Source of the DNA: Mangrovibacterium sp. | GTDB lineage: Bacteria; Bacteroidota; Bacteroidia; Bacteroidales; Prolixibacteraceae | Assembly: GCA_047974225.1 (NCBI GenBank) | Contig: JBKECD010000022.1 | Location: 29-64,028 of the forward strand | Direction: 5' to 3' | Length of the DNA: 64,000 nucleotides | Part shown: positions 52,982 to 62,152 of the stretch, one piece after another | Position numbering within the stretch: position 1 is the first letter of the stretch | How the letters are laid out: every line of letters starts with the position of its first letter | Program-made: the position numbers and the translations under genes | The notes under the pieces: model-generated | What the model was told of the DNA's origin: nothing | Seen by the model: the letters and a program-made list of their open reading frames with translations, nothing else | Databases searched by the model: none

Positions 52982-53929
52982 TCATTCTTTCTCCACCCCC
53001 AGATGAAACAGCGCATCGCCTTGCATCACAATTGGCGAGTGGCTCATGCCGATGATGTGGGCATTTTGCTTAGCTTTGATTAGATATTCCACCTTGCCAT
53101 AGGGGTCGGAGATGCTGCCGAGAATTTGTCCTTTAGTGATATATTCGCCATCTTTCACAAAGGTGTGAAACAAGCCTGAATGGCGAGCTCGCTGCCAGAG
53201 TGATTCCACAATAAAGATTGATTCTCGCTTGGCAGGGCTGATGGCGGTTTCAAAATCACGCATGCCAATGTGTTGCATCACGCGCATGATGCCTTGCAAG
53301 CCTGCTTCGGTTACTCCCTTCGAGAAGTTGAGAGCTTTTCCGCCCTCAAAGAGTAGTACCTTTTTGCCGAGCTTGGTGGCTGATTCACGAAAGGATTTAT
53401 CGCGCACTGGAGCTTGCACGATGTATTTAGGATTGAAGACTTCTGCCAATTCCAAAAGCTCGGGATTGCCACGGCTGACTCGAATTTGCGGAATGTTATT
53501 CCGAAACGACCCGCCTGTGTGGAAGTCGATGCAATAGTCGATGTGGGGCACAATCTCCTGCATGAAGGTGTGGGCAAATTGATTGGCTAGCGAACCGGTC
53601 TTCGATCCGGGGAAGAAACGGTTGAGGTCTTTGCCATCGGGAAACTCACGGGTTTTATTCAAAAATCCCAGCACATTGAGCACCGGAATAGCAATCACGG
53701 TGCCACATTCGGGCTTGGTGATTTTCTCCTTAATGGCTCGACGGACAATCTCCACACCATTCACCTCATCGCCATGAATGCCAGCGCTTAATAATAGTGT
53801 AGGTCCGGGCTTCTTGCCTCGCTCGATGAGCACTGGCACTTCAATTTTGGTGTGCGTGTGCAAGCGAGCCGTTTCCAAAGTGAGGTAGGTGGACGAGCCT
53901 TTTTTGATTTCGGTATGGAGGATTTTCAT
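52982..53929 (-). CDS. Succinylglutamate desuccinylase/aspartoacylase-family zinc hydrolase
   Basis: The ...SAGIHGDEVNGVEI... zinc motif; 315 aa; downstream of rimK. Confidence 0.8.
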   Translation of the reverse strand: MKILHTEIKKGSSTYLTLETARLHTHTKIEVPVLIERGKKPGPTLLLSAGIHGDEVNGVEIVRRAIKEKITKPECGTVIAIPVLNVLGFLNKTREFPDGKDLNRFFPGSKTGSLANQFAHTFMQEIVPHIDYCIDFHTGGSFRNNIPQIRVSRGNPELLELAEVFNPKYIVQAPVRDKSFRESATKLGKKVLLFEGGKALNFSKGVTEAGLQGIMRVMQHIGMRDFETAISPAKRESIFIVESLWQRARHSGLFHTFVKDGEYITKGQILGSISDPYGKVEYLIKAKQNAHIIGMSHSPIVMQGDALFHLGVEKE

Positions 53930-54098
53930 GGAGCTAAAATTGGGATGATGGATGTCAAATGTTGGATTTTAATTGTACTCCTGTTTAAACAGTTTTCGTA
54001 TGAAATTAGAAGTCCCCTCCTGCTATTTTATAACTTTCGGTGAATAGGAAGTAAAAAAGATTGCTCTGACAAACGAATTTGCGGAAGTCGGAAGGACG

Positions 54099-54971
54099 CT
54101 ATGCGTTCCTTTCAATATACCTGATAATGCTCTTCGCAATATCCACCCCTGTGGCACTTTCGATGCCTTCCAATCCGGGTGAAGAATTGACTTCCATAAT
54201 TAAAGGTCCATCTTTACTTTGAAGCATATCGACCCCAGCCACCGCTAAACCCATCACTCGAGCGGCTTTCAATGCCGCATTTTCCTCTTCATCGGTCAGC
54301 TGAATTACTTGAGCACTGCCTCCTCGATGCAAGTTTGAGCGAAACTCACCCTCTTTTCCTGTGCGCTTCATCGCTCCCACCACCACGCCATCCACCACGA
54401 AAGCACGAATGTCGGAGCCTTTGGCTTCCTCGATGAACTCTTGGGCAATCACACGCACGCGCAGACCATTGAAAGCATCAAGCACTGATTCCGCAGCATT
54501 GTTGGTTTCCGCAAGCACCACGCCCACACCTTGCGTGCCTTCGAGGAGTTTAATCACCATCGGAGCTCCGCCGACGCCATCAATCACACCCGAAACGTCT
54601 TTGCTATAATTGGTGAAAACCGTCTTCGGAAGACCTAATCCCGCTCGGGAAAGAATTTGCAGACTTCGCAGCTTGTCACGCGAGCGACCCAACGCCACCG
54701 ATTCAGTGGCAGTGAAGACTTTCATCATCTCGAATTGGCGCACCACTGCCGTTCCGAAGAAAGTGATCGAAGCCCCGATGCGTGGAATAATCGCATCAAT
54801 ATCATCAAGCACCTTGCCCTTATAGACAATATGTGGGTTTTTCTTTTCAATCACTAAGTCGCATTTTGAGTGGTCGATGACCACCATCGTGTGCCCTCGT
54901 TTCTCGCCAGCTTCCACCAATCGACGGGTGGAATACAATCTTGGGTTGCGCGATAAAACGGCAATTTTCAT
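54099..54971 (-). CDS. rimK: Ribosomal protein S6--L-glutamate ligase RimK (ATP-grasp)
   Basis: [27 protein letters not shown]... is a canonical RimK start. The longer track ORF (to 55010) reads into a repeat element. Confidence 0.92.
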
Positions 54972-54987
54972 GTGTTTTTTCATAACT

Positions 54988-55157
54988 AAAGCCCCCTCCA
55001 ACTCCCCCAAGGGGGAGAGCTAGAGGCACTGGGTTAAAGCCCCTCCCAACCTCCCCAAGGGGAGGAGTTAAAGGCACAGGGTTTATTAATATATATATAC
55101 TTTTTACTGCACATTTTGGTTCTAGTCCCTCCCCTCGGGGAGGTTAGGAGGGGCTTT
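54988..55157. repeat. Three copies of the GC-rich hairpin repeat (two in reverse orientation, one forward)
   Basis: - 54988-55017: aaagccccctccaactcccccaagggggag
- 55036-55065: aaagcccctcccaacctccccaaggggagg
- 55126-55157: tccctcccctcggggaggttaggaggggcttt

The consensus is CTCCCC-n3-GGGGAG-GTTGGGAGGGGCTTT. Confidence 0.85.
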
Positions 55158-55565
55158 ATCCACATCCACCACAAATTTTCCTTTCAGAAATCGTCGCCCA
55201 ATGAGCACGCTGTATTTCATTTGGCTTCGCTCGCTCAGCGTGAGCTGAATCGGATAGGTATTGCCAAAAAGTACAATCGTTGTTTTTACCTTAAATCGAC
55301 TTTCCACCTGCCCATTTGAGCTGCGCACCTTTTTGATGGAATAATCCGAAAAATAAAGCTCTTTTTCGTTGTATTCGGGGTGCGAAGGGTCGAGAAATCG
55401 ACAGCGTAATAATGTTTCGCCTTGGCAATTTTCCTCTTTCACCTCGTGGCAGTGAATGCTGCTGGTGTAGGCGCCCGTGTCAATCTTCGCTTCGATACCT
55501 TCGAGCTGAAGATTGGGAAAATCAACGATTTCACGCCTGCCGATAATGATTTTTGCTGCTTTCAA
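55122..55565 (-). CDS. RimK-associated retropepsin-like protease (annotated family: putative ATP-dependent zinc protease)
   Basis: ...IEAKIDTGAYTSSIHC... contains a DTGA motif. The last roughly 12 codons (...KAPPNLPEGRD) and the stop lie inside a repeat element. Confidence 0.7.
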   Translation of the reverse strand: MKAAKIIIGRREIVDFPNLQLEGIEAKIDTGAYTSSIHCHEVKEENCQGETLLRCRFLDPSHPEYNEKELYFSDYSIKKVRSSNGQVESRFKVKTTIVLFGNTYPIQLTLSERSQMKYSVLIGRRFLKGKFVVDVDKAPPNLPEGRD

Positions 55566-55636
55566 ATTGTTTTGAAATAATCTATTTGTAGTTGCAAAAG
55601 AAAGATATTTTTTGAATAATCAAGCTGTCTGACTTA

Positions 55637-56683
55637 TTAAAGTTGCAATCCATCGAGTAGATTTACATAAATTTGGTATGCTTCCTCCATCTCTGAGAGC
55701 AAAATATACTCATCAGCAGTGTGCGAGCGAGCACTGTCGCCGGGACCTATCTTCACCGAGGTGAAGGGCATCAAGGCTTGGTCGGACATGGTGGGCGAAC
55801 CAAAGGTTTTCCGTCCTAGTGCTAATCCGCGCTGCACAATGGGGTGGTGTGTGGCTATTTTTGAAGAGTTGAGCCGTGTGGAGCGTTCTTTCACTTGGGC
55901 GCTCACCAAGCTTTTGATAATCTCCAATGCTTCGGTGTTTTGATAATGCTCATTGGTGCGCACATCCACCACAAAAGAGCAGACATCGGGCACTACATTA
56001 TGCTGATAGCCTGCCTCAATCTGGGTGATGCTCATCTTCACATCGCCCAAAAATTCCGATGATTTTTCAAACTTATAATTACGCAAAACATCAATAGCGT
56101 CCATTGCTTTATAGATTGCATTTTCGCCCTCATTGCGTGCCGCATGTCCTGCCTTTCCCATTGCTTTGCAATCGAGCACCATCAATCCTTTTTCGGCGAC
56201 TGCCAAATGCATTTGGGTGGGCTCGCCCACAATCGCCAAGTCAATCTTGCCAAGCATCGGCACCAGACTTTCCATGCCATTTTTCCCCGACACTTCTTCT
56301 TCGGCTGATGCCACATAAAGCAGGTTGAATGGCAAGTTTTCTTTCGCATAAAAATGACAGAATACAGCCAGAAGCACGACCACCGATGCCCCAGCATCGT
56401 TGCTTCCCAGTCCAATTAGCTTGCTGCCCTCGAGGGTGGCTTGGAAAGGTGGATAAGTCCAATTTTCCGCAGGTTTCACCGTGTCGATGTGCGAATTGAG
56501 CAGGATTGTTGGTCGAGTATCATCCCAATGGCGATTGCGCAGGACTGTGTTCTGGGCGATGGCTTCATGGGCGATGTTTTTTGTGGTGATAAATTGGCGA
56601 AGCACTTCGGCTGCCGACTGCTCATTTCTGCTCAACGATGGTGTTTCAATCAATTGGCAGAGTAGTTTATGATATTCGTTCAT
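55637..56683 (-). CDS. M20-family metallohydrolase (ArgE/DapE-like deacylase)
   Basis: ...LLNSHIDTVKP..., ...GSNDAGASVV..., ...ASAEEEVSG... are metal-ligand motifs. Confidence 0.85.
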   Translation of the reverse strand: MNEYHKLLCQLIETPSLSRNEQSAAEVLRQFITTKNIAHEAIAQNTVLRNRHWDDTRPTILLNSHIDTVKPAENWTYPPFQATLEGSKLIGLGSNDAGASVVVLLAVFCHFYAKENLPFNLLYVASAEEEVSGKNGMESLVPMLGKIDLAIVGEPTQMHLAVAEKGLMVLDCKAMGKAGHAARNEGENAIYKAMDAIDVLRNYKFEKSSEFLGDVKMSITQIEAGYQHNVVPDVCSFVVDVRTNEHYQNTEALEIIKSLVSAQVKERSTRLNSSKIATHHPIVQRGLALGRKTFGSPTMSDQALMPFTSVKIGPGDSARSHTADEYILLSEMEEAYQIYVNLLDGLQL

Positions 56684-56695
56684 CTGTTTTTGGAG

Positions 56696-57187
56696 TTATT
56701 CATCAAGCTTCAGCTTTCCGGTGAAGCTGATTGGCTGCCTATTGTTGCAATTCACCGATAGGCTTGAAAACCCTGTTTCGCCTATTTGGAGAATTAGGTT
56801 GAAATGGTCGCGCTCGCCTTTCACATCAATCTCATAGCGATAAGTGTGCTTTTTGCTGTTGTATTCTTTGTTTATCGACTCGGCTTTATCGTTGAATTTG
56901 ATGCCGCCTTCTCCACCATAGGGAGCGGTGTAGGCACGTCCGAAGTAGGGCAAATCAGCCGACACGGAATCTCCGCTGATGGAGAATGTATAGTTTGAAG
57001 TGAGATTGACTTGCCGACCTTTCATGGTCTGTGCATTGCGAGCTTCAAAAACAAACTCACCACTTTCGAGCAATTCGCTCACCTGCAATTTTGCTTGTGC
57101 CTCGCGCTCTTTTTTCGATATCTTTTGGGCTTCTACCGCTGAAAAGCTCATGAGAAACACAAGCATTAATGTCATTAGCTGTTTCAT
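56696..57187 (-). CDS. DUF4251-family secreted protein
   Basis: A signal peptide and repeated half-domain architecture. The family is recalled from memory. Confidence 0.6.
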   Translation of the reverse strand: MKQLMTLMLVFLMSFSAVEAQKISKKEREAQAKLQVSELLESGEFVFEARNAQTMKGRQVNLTSNYTFSISGDSVSADLPYFGRAYTAPYGGEGGIKFNDKAESINKEYNSKKHTYRYEIDVKGERDHFNLILQIGETGFSSLSVNCNNRQPISFTGKLKLDE

Positions 57188-57282
57188 AATTCCTCCTATT
57201 TATAAGGTTCATACTTCAAAGAAAACAACAAAAATGATACCTAAGGATGAGAAATGACAATCTTTAACCTTTGACACGTAAA

Positions 57283-57319
57283 AATAGCGGGATGATGGTT
57301 GCCCATTCATCCCGCTATT
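57283..57319 (-). terminator. Intrinsic terminator after mdh
   Basis: aatagcgggatga / tcatcccgctatt forms a perfect 13-bp stem, followed on the minus strand by TTTAC. Confidence 0.7.
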
Positions 57320-57337
57320 AATGCATATGCTATTGAA

Positions 57338-58258
57338 CTATAACAAAGCGTTTACTGCACGCACTGCCGTTGCAGCTTCGTCCATTTTTGCTTTTTCAGC
57401 ATCGCTGAGGTCAAACTCCACGATTTTCTCGATACCATTTTTGCCAATCACACAAGGCACTCCGAAAGAAATATCGCTCATGCCATATTCGCCATCAAGC
57501 AAAGCTGAGCATGACATCACTTTGTGTGAGTCTAAAGCAATCGCTTGCACCATTTCCGACACTGCCGCTCCGGGAGCATACCATGCACTTGTGCCAAGCA
57601 AGCTTGTCAAAGTAGCACCGCCCACTTTAGTGGCTTCCACCACTTCCGCCATTTTCTCGGCGCTCAAGAAAGCCGACACGGGGATGCTGTTGCACACCGC
57701 ACGGTCGATTAATGGCACCATGCCTGTGTCGGAGTGCGCACCAATCACCATGGCAGAAACATTCGATTGAGGGCATCCGATAGCTTCAGCTAGGCGGAAA
57801 CGGAATCGAGCACTATCGAGCGCACCACCCATACCGATGATCCGATGCTTAGGTAAGCCTGTGGCTTGGTGAGCCAAATAAGCCATGGTGTCCATAGGGT
57901 TGCTCACCACAATGATGATGATTTCTGGCGAATATTTAATCAAACTTTCGGCTACTGACTTCACAATGCCTGCATTGATGCCAATCAACTCTTCGCGAGT
58001 CATTCCCGGTTTCCGAGGAATACCGCTTGTGATTACAGCCACGTCGCTTCCTGCGGTAGCAGCATAATCATTAGTAGCTCCCGTGATTTTAGTGTCAAAA
58101 CCATTGAGCGATGCAGTCTGCATCAAATCCATTGCTTTGCCTTCTGCCAAGCCTTCTTTGATATCGACAATACACACTTCCGATGCGAAATTCTTGATTG
58201 CGATATACTCTGCGCAACTAGCACCTACTGCACCTGCGCCAACAACTGTTACTTTCAT
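57338..58258 (-). CDS. mdh: Malate dehydrogenase (LDH-like family)
   Basis: MKVTVVGAGAVGASCA... and ...ITSGIPRKPGMTREEL... I chose the start at the internal Met. Confidence 0.95.
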   Translation of the reverse strand: MKVTVVGAGAVGASCAEYIAIKNFASEVCIVDIKEGLAEGKAMDLMQTASLNGFDTKITGATNDYAATAGSDVAVITSGIPRKPGMTREELIGINAGIVKSVAESLIKYSPEIIIIVVSNPMDTMAYLAHQATGLPKHRIIGMGGALDSARFRFRLAEAIGCPQSNVSAMVIGAHSDTGMVPLIDRAVCNSIPVSAFLSAEKMAEVVEATKVGGATLTSLLGTSAWYAPGAAVSEMVQAIALDSHKVMSCSALLDGEYGMSDISFGVPCVIGKNGIEKIVEFDLSDAEKAKMDEAATAVRAVNALL

Positions 58259-58500
58259 TTGTCTGTTATTTGATTTTATATTTAGCCCAAAGATAACAAG
58301 CTTTTCTAAATCCAAATGACTTTTTGATAAAATATTAGTTTGAGTGAAGATAAAAACGGAACTTCAATAGCTTTTGCCATCTGTCAAAGTCCCCAAGCTG
58401 TTTATGGAAAACTATCCTTTTCGGTGATTACGCCTGATGATATGGAGAAGTTTTTGTTGTAAGCAAAAGAGCCAGCTTTTAAGGCTGACTCTTGGTGCGA

Positions 58501-59169
58501 TTAGTTGCTCAATTGAATTTTAAATTCTTTCTCGGCAGCTATCTCTTGCTGGTCTTTGCCATGCGTTGGAGAATATTTCCCTTTGGGAATGTCGGAGAAA
58601 GCATAGCCATTGCACGACCTCGCCAATTCCACCTCTTTAGTGAGAGCTGTGCTGAGTATGTTTACCGCTAAATCAGCAAGGATGCTTCCAGAGTTACTTG
58701 AGGATCTAAATGTTACAACGCCCATGCGCTCATAAAGAATCTCATCTGTTTTAGTCGATTTCAAGATGTATTCAATCTTTATTTCAATCGAATTGGCAAC
58801 AGACAATTTTTTCCATTCATGCACGATGGTGAACAACACCGCATCAGCACCCAATGCTTTGTCGAGCACTTTCATGGATTTATCAATCAGCAACTCCGAA
58901 TCATATGCGCTTTGGTCTTGCATCACCTGCATGGAGATAAAAGGAGGAAGCGCATAGTAACCATTGTTTGACAAGGGCATGGATAGGGTGTTATAGAAGC
59001 TCATCTTTGCTTCCACTTTTGTTGAGCGATTTATTGGTGGCATCACCAATACCGCCACAGGCTGTTCGTCATATAAGGTTTGATACTTTGCAAGCTTTGT
59101 TGTGCCTACGGGCGAACAAGCAGCGAAAAGACATACAACTGCCGTCAATAATAAATATATCCTTTTCAT
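58501..59169 (-). CDS. DUF799 (GNA1162-like) lipoprotein
   Basis: Lipobox ...LFAACS and ...VAVLVMPPINRSTKVEA..., typical of DUF799. Confidence 0.7.
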   Translation of the reverse strand: MKRIYLLLTAVVCLFAACSPVGTTKLAKYQTLYDEQPVAVLVMPPINRSTKVEAKMSFYNTLSMPLSNNGYYALPPFISMQVMQDQSAYDSELLIDKSMKVLDKALGADAVLFTIVHEWKKLSVANSIEIKIEYILKSTKTDEILYERMGVVTFRSSSNSGSILADLAVNILSTALTKEVELARSCNGYAFSDIPKGKYSPTHGKDQQEIAAEKEFKIQLSN

Positions 59170-59170
59170 C

Positions 59171-59509
59171 TTAGAGTTTCTTTAAAATATATTCCACCAT
59201 TTTTTTCGACTCGGGATAGATTGAAAGTTCTTTTTCCAACATTTCTTTCCCTTTCGCAATCTGACCATCCTGAATGAGCAAATAGCCATAATCGGCATAA
59301 ATGCCTGGAGGGACTTCTTTGCTTAAACTTTTAGCCTTGTTTTTGATGATGTCTTCATAGGTAGATAGCAACTTCACTCTCGACTCTTCAGTCTGTGTCT
59401 TGTTGAATTGATAGGTCGCTTGGTCATACTTCCCCCAATAATATAGATTGTTTGGGGCACACGAAGCAAAAAACGAAACAAGCGAAATAAACGCAATTAT
59501 TTTCTTCAT
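59171..59509 (-). CDS. DUF4810-like lipoprotein (TPR-like)
   Basis: Lipobox ...FFASCA and ...LYYWGKYDQATY... The stop is 1 bp from the DUF799 start. Confidence 0.65.
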   Translation of the reverse strand: MKKIIAFISLVSFFASCAPNNLYYWGKYDQATYQFNKTQTEESRVKLLSTYEDIIKNKAKSLSKEVPPGIYADYGYLLIQDGQIAKGKEMLEKELSIYPESKKMVEYILKKL

Positions 59510-59522
59510 ATTTTCTTATTCT

Positions 59523-59711
59523 AGGGGACTTCTAAAAATTAGCTGTTAGGTCATTTTGATTTTATGAGAGATAGATTTTGGGCTAATTTCGCCAAAGCAT
59601 AGCGAGCTATGGTTTAAGAGATTAGTACAAAAGATACTCTCAGAAAACAAAATGAACAACAGCCGTATTTAGCAGCCTCCCCAATTTAAAACTAATTTTT
59701 AGAAGTCCCCT
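59523..59711. mobile_element. MITE-like 189-bp element with perfect 20-bp terminal inverted repeats
   Basis: aggggacttctaaaaattag (59523-59542) is the exact reverse complement of ctaatttttagaagtcccct (59692-59711). There is no ORF inside. An internal 18-mer, aggtcattttgattttat, recurs at 9484-9501. Confidence 0.55.
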
Positions 59712-60051
59712 CTAATACAACGACCCTTGTTTCTCGATGATCTATAAGCACACTCTTTTTATAGATCGCTGGGCTGTTTCGATCTTTTCTCACTTCAATT
59801 TCATGTTTTCCTGGAGTGGTTGGAAATATCTGAGCTTTCAAACTTTTCTTTTCAGAATAGATCTTGGATATTTCAAACTCGTTCCCATCAATAAGGAGGA
59901 TATAAGGACCTACATAGGATTGAAGGGATTTATTTGACTTCACCACTTTTACAGCAGCGTTGTTTTCTAATCCTGTAACAGTGCTTTCATAGGTTGTTTT
60001 GCATCCAAATGAAACAAGCAATAGGGCAAATAATAATATTTTAGTTCTCAT
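59692..60051 (-). CDS. Hypothetical lipoprotein, 119 aa
   Basis: Lipobox ...LLVSFGCK. The last codons (GTSKN) and the stop are encoded by the right inverted repeat of the MITE-like element. Confidence 0.5.
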   Translation of the reverse strand: MRTKILLFALLLVSFGCKTTYESTVTGLENNAAVKVVKSNKSLQSYVGPYILLIDGNEFEISKIYSEKKSLKAQIFPTTPGKHEIEVRKDRNSPAIYKKSVLIDHRETRVVVLEGTSKN

Positions 60052-60063
60052 AAAATTCTAGGT

Positions 60064-60963
60064 TTATTTATTTTCAATCACTCGATAGTTTGACAATTTA
60101 TCTGAATCAATCGCTCCTTCAATGATAGACGCCATGGAAACTTCATTTTCGGGCGTATCACCAACAGTCATGTCGATTTTGATTTTAGCCACCACCTTGC
60201 CGGGCAGCTCTATTGCCATGCCTGTTTGTGGATTGGTTACCTTTTTGCCTGGACTTAACACGGAAAAAGTATTGCCAGCAGCTATTCCTTGACTTTTCCC
60301 TCCTGAAATAATGAAACTGCCATCCTCTTCCGCTAAAATATAGGCATTCCAAGGCTTATCATTGCAAGTGTTGATGATGTTTTCTACCAATTGATTGATA
60401 GCAGCACCAATGGCTTTATCGGTCAATGTGGCATCAAAATCAGCTGTTTCACCATAGCCCAACACGCGTTTATCTTCCACCTCAGCCACTCCTTTGCCTT
60501 CACCGCTGTAAATAATCAAGCCCGTGCTTACATCAACAAGGCGCATGCTCACACCCGCTTCCACCACTTGTTTTACACTGTTTGAAAAGACTTTCTGATT
60601 GCCGATAGCCTTCCTTCCGAGTTCGGTTACCGACCCAATAATAAGAAAATCGGCTCCAATATTTTGTGTCAATGCATTACTCTTTTCAAGCTCTGCCACA
60701 ATAGATTCATAGTCTTGGCGCTCGATCAAGATAAACTTTTCTGAAGCCACAAGTTTGGTTGCCAAGATGTCGGCAGCTTGTTTCCCCAATTGGTCGCTTT
60801 CTTGGTCGTAAAAGATACTTTGAGATTGCTTGGTAACGTTTGTAAAACGACCAATAGCAACTTTTCGCTTCAATGCTTTTGAGTCTTCTTGCGCAAAAGC
60901 CGCAGGTATGTTGCATCCAAAACACAACAATGTCAAATAAAAAAATAATTTTCTGATATTCAT
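60064..60963 (-). CDS. CsgG/HfaB-family outer-membrane lipoprotein
   Basis: Lipobox-like ...LLCFGCN and ...KRKVAIGRFTNVT..., typical of CsgG-like proteins. Confidence 0.8.
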   Translation of the reverse strand: MNIRKLFFYLTLLCFGCNIPAAFAQEDSKALKRKVAIGRFTNVTKQSQSIFYDQESDQLGKQAADILATKLVASEKFILIERQDYESIVAELEKSNALTQNIGADFLIIGSVTELGRKAIGNQKVFSNSVKQVVEAGVSMRLVDVSTGLIIYSGEGKGVAEVEDKRVLGYGETADFDATLTDKAIGAAINQLVENIINTCNDKPWNAYILAEEDGSFIISGGKSQGIAAGNTFSVLSPGKKVTNPQTGMAIELPGKVVAKIKIDMTVGDTPENEVSMASIIEGAIDSDKLSNYRVIENK

Positions 60964-61065
60964 AATATATTACGTATTGAGATTTATCTAACTTGTTATC
61001 TCGATTGGAGGGCAAAGATACTTAAATTTAAATCAGCTTTAACTTGACAAATGATATTAAACAAA

Positions 61066-61099
61066 TCACAGAAGCATTCCGCAAGGAATACTTCTGTGA
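61066..61099 (-). terminator. Intrinsic terminator after the beta-barrel gene
   Basis: tcacagaagcattcc gcaa ggaatacttctgtga forms a 15-bp stem with one mismatch. A U-rich tract follows on the minus strand. Confidence 0.7.
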
Positions 61100-61107
61100 T
61101 AGTGAAA

Positions 61108-61698
61108 TTAGAATTTAAAGCCTACGCCGATTTGCAATGCGCTAAGTTTAGATTTCTCATCATAGCCAAAATCTTTAGCGATGTTTGCTAGCCCAAGATT
61201 ATATCTTGCATTCACAAACAAACCACTAGATAGGTTATACTCCACATCAACACAAGCACCGAAATCTACATCTTTGTAGTACTCGCCTATATCCGCAGTC
61301 TCTTTGTTGCCTTCTTCTTCATATTCTACTTCTCTTTTCAATAAATAGCTAGCATAAGGACCAAATCCTAAGTTCAAATTGTCAACTACTTCACATTTGA
61401 ACAATACAGGGAGCATCAGAGAAGGCATTTTAAATGTTTCTTCATAACCATCTTCAGAATATTTGGCTCCGTGATCTGCATATAGCAACTCTATAGCCAA
61501 GCTTGTTCTCGTTTGAAGTTCAAATTCAGCCAAAGCACCAATATAAAATGAAGGTTTAGCATCAATGTCATAGTCTCCATCTTCATCAGACATGGATAGC
61601 ATGCTCATGTTTAACCCACCTTTCACACCGAATTTCACTTGAGCACTCGCTGAAATCGCTGCACTCATTACTAACACACAAATTAAAAACTTTTTCAT
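61108..61698 (-). CDS. Outer-membrane beta-barrel protein (porin/OmpA-like barrel family)
   Basis: Signal peptide ...AISASAQ, alternating strands, and C-terminal ...LQIGVGFKF. Confidence 0.7.
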   Translation of the reverse strand: MKKFLICVLVMSAAISASAQVKFGVKGGLNMSMLSMSDEDGDYDIDAKPSFYIGALAEFELQTRTSLAIELLYADHGAKYSEDGYEETFKMPSLMLPVLFKCEVVDNLNLGFGPYASYLLKREVEYEEEGNKETADIGEYYKDVDFGACVDVEYNLSSGLFVNARYNLGLANIAKDFGYDEKSKLSALQIGVGFKF

Positions 61699-62152
61699 TA
61701 TTGTTTTTTTAAATACTTGCCTACTCTATCCGCTTTTCGGCTACCGCTTTTTTAAATGTCATATGGGTGGTCGGCCCGTTGGCTTTCGCTGAACCATTGT
61801 TATGGGGTGTCTGCAACCCCACTGCAAACCTTTAAAATTGGACACAAAAAAAGCGTGGGATTTGTAATTTCTTTATCTGTTTTTTCAGGTATCGGCAAAC
61901 ACCCACGTCTCAAATAAATGCACAAATAACCCACGCCGTAGGCGTAGGCATCAGTCATTCTTAAATTTAGAGACGTTTTTTAAAATTTTGCCGATTTTGA
62001 AAAAACAAAAAATCAGAAGCTAACGCTTATTTCTTATATGTATTCTACTGTCTGTCTATATCAATAACTAGTTGTTTTTGAAGATTTATGACACAAAGGT
62101 AATTGATTATGTGAAAATAAAAAGGAAAATCTTGTTTTTAATAGAAAACTCA

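Noticed and set aside
54847-55319. ORFs 54847..55077 (-) and 55116..55319 (+), which contain [16 protein letters not shown] and PLGEVRRG.
   Set aside because: These peptides are read-throughs of the GC-rich hairpin repeat copies. The rest of each ORF overlaps the real rimK or protease genes out of frame.
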